Made by a program: the position numbers and the translations under genes. The notes under the pieces were generated by a model. The model made no database searches and was not told the origin of the DNA. It was given only the letters and a program-made list of their open reading frames with translations. Below are positions 19,377 to 28,949 of a stretch of DNA of 64,000 nucleotides, in pieces. Within the stretch, counting starts at the first letter, position 1. Each line of letters begins with the position of its first letter. The stretch spans positions 11,763-75,762 of the forward strand of contig JAGWKU010000001.1 in assembly GCA_028873375.1 (NCBI GenBank), in the 5' to 3' direction. The stretch comes from Verrucomicrobiota bacterium (GTDB taxonomy: Bacteria; Chlamydiota; Chlamydiia; Chlamydiales; SM23-39).

Positions 19377-20335
19377 GCTTCAATCCTCTCTTTTAAATTC
19401 GAAGGGACCGAATCGAAGGCGTAGGGAAAGAGGGTCGGATTGGGAGAGGGATTTTTTTGAAAGAGTTGTGAAATCTCGTTGAGTTCGATGCATTCTCCCG
19501 CCTGCATCAAAAAAGCGCTTGGGTCGCGATTAGGATCTACTTTCTCACGACATAGAAAATACATCGGGCGCTGGCAACAGAGAAAATCATAGCCGATAGA
19601 AGACATATCGCCGATATAGATGTCGGTGCGGGCAAGAAGAGGATAGATAGGAGGAAAGTTTTCGAGAAATTCGACATTGGATGGAGCTTTCCCTTTGCAT
19701 TGTTCGATTCTCGGGCTGTGGAGTCGTTCGGTATTGGGATGGAGTTTGATCAAGAGAGTACGATCTTTAGGTACTTGTTGGATGAGTTGGGAATATGCTT
19801 CCCAAAAAGTGCCATTGTTTTCGCAATCTTCCCAAGTTGGCGCATAGAGAATGAAGCGCCTTTTTCCAAACCGCTGTTCAAGCAGCTTTTCATAGAAAGG
19901 GCGGTGTTTTTCGCTGTAAACTTTCCGGAAGTTGCCAACTGAAATCTGGGGGACTGAAATGTTTTTTGCGTAGAGGACATCGCGCATCTTTTGACCATAG
20001 ACGAGCAGAAATTGTTCGCAGCCAAGGGCTTCAAAGAAGGGGCTTTTCCAGCCTTTGTCGGAAAGGCCATGAGGGAGCCACATCATTTGAACAGGAGGAT
20101 GGTGAGGGCTGAGAGCCGCTTCGAGAAGGGGGCGACTGACGCAAGTGACAAGACAGGGAGGATGGAGATCTCCCATTTTTTTTTGAATGACTTGGAGATC
20201 GGGATAATAGGTTTGGCATGCGTCGGCGATCGAATCTTCCCAGACAATCAGAGGCCAATCCATGAGAGCGCAAAAGGGGCCGAGATGATCGAGATAGTGA
20301 AAGGATTCATCAAAAATCAAACCGGCGTATTTCAT
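19367..20335 (-). CDS. CDP-glycerol glycerophosphotransferase (TagF/TagB)-like protein, tandem paralogue
   Basis: LPHGLSDKG, ILYAPTWED, LLIKLHPN, YIGDMSSIGYDFLCCQRPMYF motifs parallel the neighbouring gene. Confidence 0.75.
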   Translation of the reverse strand: MKYAGLIFDESFHYLDHLGPFCALMDWPLIVWEDSIADACQTYYPDLQVIQKKMGDLHPPCLVTCVSRPLLEAALSPHHPPVQMMWLPHGLSDKGWKSPFFEALGCEQFLLVYGQKMRDVLYAKNISVPQISVGNFRKVYSEKHRPFYEKLLEQRFGKRRFILYAPTWEDCENNGTFWEAYSQLIQQVPKDRTLLIKLHPNTERLHSPRIEQCKGKAPSNVEFLENFPPIYPLLARTDIYIGDMSSIGYDFLCCQRPMYFLCREKVDPNRDPSAFLMQAGECIELNEISQLFQKNPSPNPTLFPYAFDSVPSNLKERIEACF

Positions 20336-20382
20336 AAATGGTCATTTTGCAATAATAGCGAGTTCCTCGGGAGAAAAATCGT

Positions 20383-21429
20383 TTGGAAGCGTGGTTTCTA
20401 GAAAATCGTAGATCTTTTCCTTGGCGAGACAAGCCGACCCCTTATCGAATATGGGTCTCTGAAGTGATGTTGCAGCAGACGCGAGCTCAAGTTGTTGGCC
20501 CTTATTTTGAACGGTGGATGAAGTTATTTCCCGATATAGTGACTCTCGCCGCAGCGCCTCTTGAACAGGTCATCAAGGCATGGGAAGGACTTGGCTATTA
20601 CAGCAGAGCGAGAAATTTGCATGCAGGAGCGCAGCAAGTGATGCGCGAATACAACGGTGAGCTCCCCTGCTCAAAAGAAAAATTACTGTCGATTCGAGGG
20701 CTCGGGCCTTATACTGTTGGAGCAATTTTAAGTTTTGGCTTTCATCAGCGAGCAGCTGCGGTAGATGGAAATGTAGAGCGAGTTGTCACTCGATATTTCT
20801 GGATTGCTGAAGATGTCAAAAAAGTGGCGACAAAAAGAAAAATTGAACAGGCAGCAGAAGGGTTGTTGAATCGAGAACAGCCTTGGGTGACTGCAGAGGC
20901 ATTGATTGAATTGGGTGCAACCATATGTTTACCTAAGCCGCGGTGCGAGGCGTGCCCTTTGCGAATGAGCTGCCAAGCGCATGCGAAAGGACAAGTTGAT
21001 TCGCTTCCATTGAAACCAATACCGCCCAAGATTGAAAAGATTGTAAGAGGAGTTGCGATTGTCGAAGCCGAAGGGTGTGTTTTGCTCCGAAAAAATCCAG
21101 AAGGACAGCTAATGGGAGGTTTGAGCGAATTTCCTTACTTTGAGGGAAAGCAGACGTTACGAGCGGTTCAAAAAGAGCTTGAGGGATTGCTTGGAAAAAA
21201 ACTGGAACTCATGAGTCGGCTACCGCCTGTGGAACACTCGTTTACTCGGTTTAGCGCCCATTTATTTCCTTTCCATTTTCGATTGAAGAAAAAGGTTGAT
21301 CATCCCTCTTTCCCATGGGTTCCTATTGCAGAATTGGCACAGTATCCCTTTTCTTCAGGGCATCGAAAAATATTTCTCGAGCGTTGCAATTTTTGGCGCT
21401 CCTATGGTTTGCTCGAGAGCAAGTCATGA
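20383..21429 (+). CDS. mutY: A/G-specific adenine glycosylase
   Basis: FPWRDKPTPYRIWVSEVMLQQTRAQVV, HhH IRGLGPYTVGAILSFGF, 4Fe-4S cysteines CLPKPRCEACPLRMSC; TTG start. Confidence 0.92.
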   Translation: MEAWFLENRRSFPWRDKPTPYRIWVSEVMLQQTRAQVVGPYFERWMKLFPDIVTLAAAPLEQVIKAWEGLGYYSRARNLHAGAQQVMREYNGELPCSKEKLLSIRGLGPYTVGAILSFGFHQRAAAVDGNVERVVTRYFWIAEDVKKVATKRKIEQAAEGLLNREQPWVTAEALIELGATICLPKPRCEACPLRMSCQAHAKGQVDSLPLKPIPPKIEKIVRGVAIVEAEGCVLLRKNPEGQLMGGLSEFPYFEGKQTLRAVQKELEGLLGKKLELMSRLPPVEHSFTRFSAHLFPFHFRLKKKVDHPSFPWVPIAELAQYPFSSGHRKIFLERCNFWRSYGLLESKS

Positions 21430-23228
21430 GAATATTGCATTTAGAAGCATCTCCCGGGTGGGGAGGACAGGAAATTCGGATTCTGCGCGAAGCAGAAGGA
21501 ATGCGAGCGCGTGGTCACGAGGTCTTTTTTGCAGTCACGTCGAACGGCGCATTAGGACTTCACGCTAAATCGGCTGGATTTACATCGTATCTCCTTCTTT
21601 TTAAAAAGCTTGCATGGCCATTTACGCTGTTTCGATTGCTGTGGATTTTGTGGAAACATCAAATTGATCTCGTCAATACACACTCTTCCCTCGACGCCTG
21701 GATTGGGGGCATTGCAGCTCGCTTGGCAGGAAAAAAAATTCTTCGCACTCGCCATCTCTCTACCCCGGTAAAAAATGGCTGGAACAGTCGAGTTGTTTAT
21801 GGGACCTTGGCTGATTTTGTAGTGACCACGTGCTCGGGCGTGATTCCTTCACTGTCCCAGCAATCGGAAAAACCAATTTCTCTTTTTTGCTCTGTAGCGA
21901 CAGGAGTGGATCCTACGAAAATCCAGGTTAATCGGGAAGAAGTGAGAGAGTTCCGAAAGAAATGGGGCATAGAATCGACCGATTTTTTAGTAGGGACTGT
22001 TTGTTTCATGCGCTCGTGGAAAGGGATTGAAGACTTTCTTAAAGCTGCAAATGCTCTTCGCGAAGAAAAGGGATTGAAATGGGTCATCGTAGGCGGCGGC
22101 CATGCAGAAAAATATCGGGCGTTGGCAAAAGAGATGAATCTCAACTCTATTGTTTATTTTACGGGACATTTAGAGCAGCCTTTCCCAGCGATCGCCTCAT
22201 TAGATGCATTTGCCCTTTTGAGTACCGCGCATGAAGGAGTTTCACAGGCGATTTTGCAGGCGGCTTACTTCAAAAAGCCATTGATTGCGACGGCGACAGG
22301 CGGACTATGCGAAGTTTGTTTGGATGGAAAAACGGGAATTCAAGTTCCTTCTTTTTCTCCCACAGAAGTCGTGGCTGCCGTTCGTAAATTAAAAGAAGAT
22401 CGCTCCCTTTGTCATCGTCTAGGAGCACAGGCACATCAATTAGTTCTCGAGCAGTTTACGTTCCAACGGACGCTCGATGAAATGGAAACTATTTATAGGA
22501 GAATGAGCATGAAAAACGAATTGGACTGGAAAGAGAGAATTTTACAGTATTATTTTTTTCATAAAAATAAGGTGTATACCTACGCTGGAACAGCTCTCGG
22601 ATGTGCTGCCCTTATCATTGCCTATTTGACGACAGGCCCCAGTGGAGCTGAAGTCGTAAAAGCAAGAGTTGCTTTCGAAGAATGGAAAAAATCTCCAACG
22701 GATGAAAAGTTGGCTAAGAAGATGCATCAGTCGCTTCGAAAACTACCTGGATTGGAGCGGGCAGTCGAAGCAGAAATTGCCCAGACATTGCTAGCGGTAG
22801 GAAGCGTGGAAAAGGCGGAGCCAGCAATTCAAAAGTGTGTTGCTCGACTGAAAGAAATTTCTCCTCTTCATGCTTCTTTTGCAGAGACGAGTTTGCTCAT
22901 TGAGAAACGGCAATATCAAGAGGCATTAGAAAAAGCGGTAGCGCTCAAAGAAGTGATTGAAAAGACATTGGATAGCAAGGTGTGGAAAAGCGATCGTTTG
23001 CAAGGGGGCTCAGCGCTCTATGTATGTAATTTATTGCGGATTGCTTGTCTGCAAAAGCAGCTCAATAATGGTCCTGGCGAGCTCGCTGCTTTAGAAGAAG
23101 TGAAAGGACTATTAGAAGTAGATGGAGAATCTTCAGCAGCGGCTCAATTTCTACAAGCGAATTTTACGCAGAAGTCGTACTCGCTCGCCGATTATATTTC
23201 TCTGCGAGAACGAACGATTGTTCGTTAA
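21426..23228 (+). CDS. Family-4 glycosyltransferase fused to a C-terminal TM/TPR-like region
   Basis: GT4 N-terminus MRILHLEASPGWGGQEIRILREAEGM, ALLSTAHEGVSQAILQAAYFKKPLIAT; after about 360 aa a TM helix (YTYAGTALGCAALIIAYL) and helical repeats. Confidence 0.8.
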   Translation: MRILHLEASPGWGGQEIRILREAEGMRARGHEVFFAVTSNGALGLHAKSAGFTSYLLLFKKLAWPFTLFRLLWILWKHQIDLVNTHSSLDAWIGGIAARLAGKKILRTRHLSTPVKNGWNSRVVYGTLADFVVTTCSGVIPSLSQQSEKPISLFCSVATGVDPTKIQVNREEVREFRKKWGIESTDFLVGTVCFMRSWKGIEDFLKAANALREEKGLKWVIVGGGHAEKYRALAKEMNLNSIVYFTGHLEQPFPAIASLDAFALLSTAHEGVSQAILQAAYFKKPLIATATGGLCEVCLDGKTGIQVPSFSPTEVVAAVRKLKEDRSLCHRLGAQAHQLVLEQFTFQRTLDEMETIYRRMSMKNELDWKERILQYYFFHKNKVYTYAGTALGCAALIIAYLTTGPSGAEVVKARVAFEEWKKSPTDEKLAKKMHQSLRKLPGLERAVEAEIAQTLLAVGSVEKAEPAIQKCVARLKEISPLHASFAETSLLIEKRQYQEALEKAVALKEVIEKTLDSKVWKSDRLQGGSALYVCNLLRIACLQKQLNNGPGELAALEEVKGLLEVDGESSAAAQFLQANFTQKSYSLADYISLRERTIVR

Positions 23229-23674
23229 TCGTGTTCGTCGCCGGAGGATGCGCGGGGCATTTTATGCACTTTGTTTTCCGCAACGATTTGGGCATGGCGG
23301 GTATAGTAGTGATAAGACGTCCCTGCAAGCAAGCCCATCAATCCGAATAGAAGGAAAGGAATGAAAATGGCTACAACCATTTCAATAGCGCCTAAGACGA
23401 GCTGTGTAGTTTTTTCTTGTTTGTGGCGAAAGCCGTAAAGATGTTTGAGACCTTTCTCGACGGGAGACGGGAAGAAAACGCCCAAGAGCGCTCCGACAGC
23501 GAGAAAGATGATGGTCAATGCAGGTCCAGTAAAGAAATTGAAAATACTTGAAACGGCTCCGATGATGACCGCTAGAACAGTAAATACTTCAGTGGTGTGT
23601 TTACGCGCGAAATGTTCGATCTGCTCAACCGAAACGCCTTCTTTCAACTTTTCGGTGAAGTTGTTCTTATCCAT
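23225..23674 (-). CDS. hypothetical membrane protein
   Basis: 149 aa, several hydrophobic segments; convergent 4-nt overlap with the GT4 gene. Confidence 0.55.
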   Translation of the reverse strand: MDKNNFTEKLKEGVSVEQIEHFARKHTTEVFTVLAVIIGAVSSIFNFFTGPALTIIFLAVGALLGVFFPSPVEKGLKHLYGFRHKQEKTTQLVLGAIEMVVAIFIPFLLFGLMGLLAGTSYHYYTRHAQIVAENKVHKMPRASSGDEHD

Positions 23675-23860
23675 GACCCGAGCTCCCCTCTATTTAAACT
23701 TCCATTAATTATCATTTAATTCTCTAATTTAATTATTCGCAATCTTTTTCCCGTGACCTCAGGGGGCGGAGGCTTATTCTAAAATTTTTATTCAGAAAAA
23801 CTTAAGTTTCTTGCTTTCACTTTATTTTCCCAATCTCCTAAACTAACCTGTTTGTTTAAT

Positions 23861-25063
23861 ATGATCATGCACTTACGAGACTGTCTTTTTTTGGGCCTTG
23901 AACGGATCTCATGGCTGGGAAGTTTGGTGCTAATCCTCAGCAACTTACCGGCCATTGGTCTATATGTTCAGCTATTGTCTGTCGACCACCCATGGATTGG
24001 GGGATATGAGCATGTAAAGCCAATACCCCCTTCTGTTGATATTCGTCTTCAGCTTGCTGAAGCTCCTGTTGTTGTAGGCGATGCACGCGAGCAGATTTCT
24101 TTTTCTCTCGATCCTCCTCGTCCAGCCTCTTCTTTAAAAGGTTCAGGCCTTCTCGTCCGGTTAAACGAAAGTAAGCAGTCAAAGCGGGTGGAAGTGCCTG
24201 TCCGGCTACCGATCGAGTTCAATAAGACGGGGGTGCTCCAATTTTCTTCGGGAGATGGCCGGTTTTGGCTCGATTTGCGAGTCGGTGATGCAAGGTGTGC
24301 TGAAGCAGCATTGGTCTATGAGACTTTAACCGGGGATACAACCGAGCAACAAATTTGGCCAGTTGTTGCTCAGGAGACGCCCATTCAATCAGCCGAAGAA
24401 TTTCCTGAATCTAGCCCTTTTCGAGAGCTGGGAGAAGCCCGCTGGTGGGGAACCGACCTGTTTTTAGAAGAATATAAAGGCGGAGAGGCGATCCATCGGT
24501 TGGAAATGGGGTCAGGAGGAACATTTCTCGATGTTTCTATGAATGCTTGGCTCGTATTCAAAGACCACCAATGGCAATCCATTGCTCAGATAGAAGAAGC
24601 TCAAGGCCTGCCGATTGCTCGCATCAAAAAGGCAACCTCTCATGGATTAGAGCTAGAAGGATGGGAGGCATCTTCGCACGTCTGTTTGCGCCTTCCGCCG
24701 ACCTTATCAACGCCATTGAAAATGCGGAGCGAGGATTTCTTTGCGCAGTTACGGGTCCGTTCCGAGAAGCAGATTAGCTGCATGATGGATAAACAATGTT
24801 TGATTTTAAAAGTCGGAGACTGGGTTTTGAAGACAGACCAACGATGGCGGATTTTACGAAAAGAAGAAGAAAAAAATGCTTATGTAAAAGGCGAGTTAAC
24901 AGGCGATTTGTTTGTCTTCGATTGCATTGAAACTAAAGGCGCTGTCAAAAATGTTTGCGGACACTATTTTCCCGCCGTGCGCACCCAAAAGGCTACAATG
25001 GAATGTCCTGTGCAACGGCGCCAAGGGCCTGGCGTTCATAAAGGGCGAGGGAAGAACCGATGA
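23861..25063 (+). CDS. hypothetical protein heading the type II secretion cluster
   Basis: About 400 aa, N-terminal TM; ATGA overlap with the secretin gene; position suggests a T2SS-associated conserved chlamydial protein. ORF opens at 23852 (TTG); start uncertain. Confidence 0.55.
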   Translation: MIMHLRDCLFLGLERISWLGSLVLILSNLPAIGLYVQLLSVDHPWIGGYEHVKPIPPSVDIRLQLAEAPVVVGDAREQISFSLDPPRPASSLKGSGLLVRLNESKQSKRVEVPVRLPIEFNKTGVLQFSSGDGRFWLDLRVGDARCAEAALVYETLTGDTTEQQIWPVVAQETPIQSAEEFPESSPFRELGEARWWGTDLFLEEYKGGEAIHRLEMGSGGTFLDVSMNAWLVFKDHQWQSIAQIEEAQGLPIARIKKATSHGLELEGWEASSHVCLRLPPTLSTPLKMRSEDFFAQLRVRSEKQISCMMDKQCLILKVGDWVLKTDQRWRILRKEEEKNAYVKGELTGDLFVFDCIETKGAVKNVCGHYFPAVRTQKATMECPVQRRQGPGVHKGRGKNR

Positions 25064-27399
25064 AGCCTAAAAAATGGTGGATTTTCTTTTTAGCCTTCCC
25101 TTTGTGGGGAGAAGCTGAAGGAGAGACTGCTGAAAGTCCTTCCGAAGCAGGTTCGTCCTTTTTAAAAGCCGACGCAGAAGGGGCGATTCGCTTCAATTTC
25201 TCGCTGCGTCAATGGAAAGACTTACTCAAAGAAAAATTTCTCGCTGCTGAGCAGTTGATGAATAGCGGAGCTCCTGAGGGAGAGTTTGCGCCGCTTCTTG
25301 CTGAAGTGCGAAACATTCGAACAAAGATCAGCCAGTTAGAAGAACAATGGCGCCGCACAGCAGCCAATGAAGTGGCTGGAGGAGAGGAGCCCTACGCTCT
25401 CTGGGATATGGGAGAGACGACGGTTGCTCAGCTTGTCATGGAATATGGAGCTGCTGACAGCTTATACATCATTCCGCCCGAACTGAGTTCGATGAAGATC
25501 AGCTTGTTCACTAACCTTCCTTTGCCGCGGGAGACGTGGAGCGACCTGATTGAAGCAATTTTGATCCATAACGGGGTAGGTGTTAAGAAGATAAATGCAA
25601 ATGTAAAGCAGCTTTACATTTTAAAACTCGATCCTTCAGCGATCGAGGCGGTCGTTGATCGAGAAGAAAAATTAAGCCTCTTTGTGAATCATGCCCGCCT
25701 CTTTTTCGTCTTGACTCCTCCTCCAGAACAAATCAAAGCGGTCCAAGCCTTTTTTGAGCGTTTTTCGGATCCTAAGCAAACCACAGTTCAGGCGATGGGA
25801 TCAAAAGTTATTTTGGTTTCATCTAAAGAGACAATCGAAAAATTATTGGGCCTTTACCACACGGTCTGGGAAAGCAATACGGGAAAAGTAGTTCGGCTTA
25901 TCTCGCTGGTGAAGATGCAGGCAACTGAAGCTGAAAAGGTGTTGAAAGCAGTCTTTTCAGATAGTTCGACCAAAGCGCGACCTTCTTTTTATCCTTCAGG
26001 CGCAGATGAATTGATTGTATTGACGCTGCCGCAAGGACTTGTGCTGATTGGAGAGAAAGAAACGGTCGATCGAGGGCAACACATTTTAGAAGACTTGGAA
26101 AGTCAGCTCGAAGACCCGGGCGAGAAAGTCATCTATTGGTATACCTGTAAACATTCGAATCCCGAAGACATTGCGGCAGTTTTAGAAAAAATTTACGACT
26201 CCTTGATTGGATCCAATTTTGACAAGAAAGCAGAGCCTCCACCCCCACCTCCCCCTGTTCCTCCGGTGCCCCCGCAAGAACCGAACGGAGCGCAAATTTT
26301 TCCGCCACCGAGCAATGCCTATAATCCCATTCTTCCTGCCCAGGCTCCTTTCATGCAGCCGGGAGTTATTGAGAAGAAAGCGAATACCAATTTTGGAAAT
26401 TTCGTGGTCGATAACAAGACGACCTCGATCTTGATGGTTGTAAAGCGAGAAGAGCTGCCAAAAATCAAAAGTTTGATCAAGCGGCTCGACGTGCCCAAAA
26501 GAATGGTACAGCTCGATGTTCTCCTCGTGGAGAAAAAATTGCATGACCGTCGCCAGGTGGGCTTTAATTTGCTGCAAATCGGGACGAATTCAAGCGGAGT
26601 CAAAGAGTCAGCCATGACTTTTGACAACAACGCGAGTGCTTTTCATCGCGGCATTCTCAGTTTTATTTATAGCAAGCCGAACAGCAGCGGATCCCCCGCG
26701 ATGGATCTCGTCTATAACTTCCTGCTTGCTCAAGAAGATATTCGGATCAATGCAAATCCTTCTGTGTTGGCGATTAATCAAACACCGGCCACCGTTTCAA
26801 TTGTAGAGGAAATTTCGATCAATAACGGCGCGATCCAATTGAACACTCAGGCAGGTGTAACTGTTGAGCAGTCGTATACTCGTGCTCAGTACGGTATTAC
26901 CATTCTCCTAACACCGACGATTCACTTGGCCGATAGTGAAAACACCGATGAGCTCGCACGACCTGGCTTTGTCTCTCTCCAAACCAATTTGGAATTTGAC
27001 ACAACTCAGATGACGGCGAACGATCGACCTCCTGTGACGCGTCGCCATGTTGAGAACGAAGTGTGTATTCCAGATGGAGAGACGGTGATCCTGGGTGGAT
27101 TGCGTCGAAAAATTGAAGAAGATACCCGCGATAAAATCCCATTCCTCGGAGATTTGCCAGGAATTGGCAAACTCTTTGGCCTCACCAAATCGGTCGATAC
27201 CAATACGGAGATGTTTATTTTTATCACTCCTCACATCATTCACGATCCAGTCGACGATCTGCGACAGATTCGACAAACAGAGTATCAATTGCGAGCAGGA
27301 GACGTGCCAGAATTTTTAGCCTGCATCGATGAAGCCAAAGCTAAAGAGCGAAGGAAGCTGTTTGGGAATAGTATGAAAATGTTGTTTGATATGTATTGA
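25060..27399 (+). CDS. gspD: Type II secretion secretin
   Basis: Signal peptide, secretin N-domains and secretin core (VPFLGDLPGIGKLFGLTKSVDTNTEMFIFITPHI). Confidence 0.92.
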   Translation: MKPKKWWIFFLAFPLWGEAEGETAESPSEAGSSFLKADAEGAIRFNFSLRQWKDLLKEKFLAAEQLMNSGAPEGEFAPLLAEVRNIRTKISQLEEQWRRTAANEVAGGEEPYALWDMGETTVAQLVMEYGAADSLYIIPPELSSMKISLFTNLPLPRETWSDLIEAILIHNGVGVKKINANVKQLYILKLDPSAIEAVVDREEKLSLFVNHARLFFVLTPPPEQIKAVQAFFERFSDPKQTTVQAMGSKVILVSSKETIEKLLGLYHTVWESNTGKVVRLISLVKMQATEAEKVLKAVFSDSSTKARPSFYPSGADELIVLTLPQGLVLIGEKETVDRGQHILEDLESQLEDPGEKVIYWYTCKHSNPEDIAAVLEKIYDSLIGSNFDKKAEPPPPPPPVPPVPPQEPNGAQIFPPPSNAYNPILPAQAPFMQPGVIEKKANTNFGNFVVDNKTTSILMVVKREELPKIKSLIKRLDVPKRMVQLDVLLVEKKLHDRRQVGFNLLQIGTNSSGVKESAMTFDNNASAFHRGILSFIYSKPNSSGSPAMDLVYNFLLAQEDIRINANPSVLAINQTPATVSIVEEISINNGAIQLNTQAGVTVEQSYTRAQYGITILLTPTIHLADSENTDELARPGFVSLQTNLEFDTTQMTANDRPPVTRRHVENEVCIPDGETVILGGLRRKIEEDTRDKIPFLGDLPGIGKLFGLTKSVDTNTEMFIFITPHIIHDPVDDLRQIRQTEYQLRAGDVPEFLACIDEAKAKERRKLFGNSMKMLFDMY
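25599..25621. repeat. palindrome AAATGTAAAGC-A-GCTTTACATTT inside gspD
   Basis: Perfect 11-bp arms; encodes ...NVKQLYI in frame. Confidence 0.95.
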
Positions 27400-27400
27400 G

Positions 27401-28948
27401 ATGACGGAAGAGACCCTTGCGAAGCGATTTGACCTCCCTGTCTTAGAAGATGTGATGCTCTGCAAGCTCGTGCGCGATCGAATTCCTCTCGTCCCTTATT
27501 CTTTTGCAAAACAAAAAAAAATTCTCCCTGTTGAGGAGAACGAGCGCGAATGTATCATCGCCCTCTCTGATCCGACTGACTTAGAAGCGATTGAAGAACT
27601 CCGTCTTCTCTTAAAACGTCCTCTAAAAATGGCCTATGCTTCTCGATCAGCCATCGAACTTGCCATCGAGCATTGCTATCGGCAAAAAGAGGGAGAAGCG
27701 AGCAAGCTTATCACTGGAGTAGATGCCAAGGAAACAGCTTCTGAGTCTCCCGACGACTATGACCTGTTGGAGAGCAAGGAAGAAAATCCAATCATTCGGA
27801 TGGTCAATGCGATCCTGCTTGAGGCAGTTCAACAAGGCGCTTCTGATATTCACTTTGAGCCGACTGAAGAGGGATTGGCTATTCGTTACCGCATTGATGG
27901 TGTGCTTCATCGGCGCCATCAGCCTCCTCGTGGAATTGAGTTGCAATTGTTGACCCGCATCAAGGTCATGGCCAAATTGGACATTGCCGAGCATCGATTG
28001 CCGCAAGATGGACGGATTAAATTGAAGCATGGAGGAAGAGAAACGGATCTGCGCGTCAGTACACTTCCTACTGTGCATGGAGAGCGAATCGTTCTTCGCA
28101 TTCTCGATAAAGGGAATATCTTTTTGGGGCTCGATCAAATTGGAATGGACGAACCTCTTTTAAAAGAGATGCGAAAATTAATTCGCATGCCCGAAGGAAT
28201 TGTTCTTGTTACTGGTCCCACAGGAAGTGGAAAAACGACAACGCTGTACAGCGCCATTGCCGAAATCAATGAGCCTGATACCAACATCATGACGATCGAA
28301 GATCCGGTAGAATATAAGCTCAATGGGATTTCGCAGATGAACGTCAATCCGCGGATCGAACTCGATTTTGCAAAGGGGCTGCGTCATATTCTGCGTCAAG
28401 ATCCCGATATCATCATGATTGGAGAAATTCGGGATCGAGAGACGGCGGAGATTGCAATCCAGGCTTCGTTGACCGGACATTTAGTTCTCAGCACGTTACA
28501 CACGAATGATGCTCCTTCTGCATTGACTCGTCTAGCCGATATGGGCATTGAGCCTTATCTTCTTGCCTCCTCGATTCTCGGTGTATTAGCCCAGCGTTTG
28601 GTTCGACGCATTTGTTCTGATTGCCAAGAGGCCTATGCGCCTACTGCAGAAGAAATGGCCGAATTGAAACTAAAGTTTAGTCGTACCCAATTTCACCGGG
28701 GGAAGGGGTGTGAAAAATGCTTCCTTTCAGGATATCGAGGCAGGCTTGGAGTATATGAACTCATGCCTGTCACTTCTCGCATCAAGACCCAAGTTTTGAA
28801 GAGTCAAGATTCGGAAGAGCTGCGAAAAGCAGCGCTCTCTCAAGACATGATCACTCTTTTTTCGAAAGGAGTGGAATTGGTTCGAGCTGGTCTCACGACG
28901 AGTGCAGAGGTGCTCCGAGTCACTCGAATGGTAGAAGAGGGAGTCTAA
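27401..28948 (+). CDS. gspE: Type II secretion ATPase
   Basis: Walker A GPTGSGKTTTLYSA, Asp/His boxes, GEIRDRETAEIAIQASLTGHLVLSTLHTNDA, CxxC zinc motif CSDC...CEKC. ATG 27401 chosen over the upstream TTG. Confidence 0.95.
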   Translation: MTEETLAKRFDLPVLEDVMLCKLVRDRIPLVPYSFAKQKKILPVEENERECIIALSDPTDLEAIEELRLLLKRPLKMAYASRSAIELAIEHCYRQKEGEASKLITGVDAKETASESPDDYDLLESKEENPIIRMVNAILLEAVQQGASDIHFEPTEEGLAIRYRIDGVLHRRHQPPRGIELQLLTRIKVMAKLDIAEHRLPQDGRIKLKHGGRETDLRVSTLPTVHGERIVLRILDKGNIFLGLDQIGMDEPLLKEMRKLIRMPEGIVLVTGPTGSGKTTTLYSAIAEINEPDTNIMTIEDPVEYKLNGISQMNVNPRIELDFAKGLRHILRQDPDIIMIGEIRDRETAEIAIQASLTGHLVLSTLHTNDAPSALTRLADMGIEPYLLASSILGVLAQRLVRRICSDCQEAYAPTAEEMAELKLKFSRTQFHRGKGCEKCFLSGYRGRLGVYELMPVTSRIKTQVLKSQDSEELRKAALSQDMITLFSKGVELVRAGLTTSAEVLRVTRMVEEGV

Positions 28949-28949
28949 A

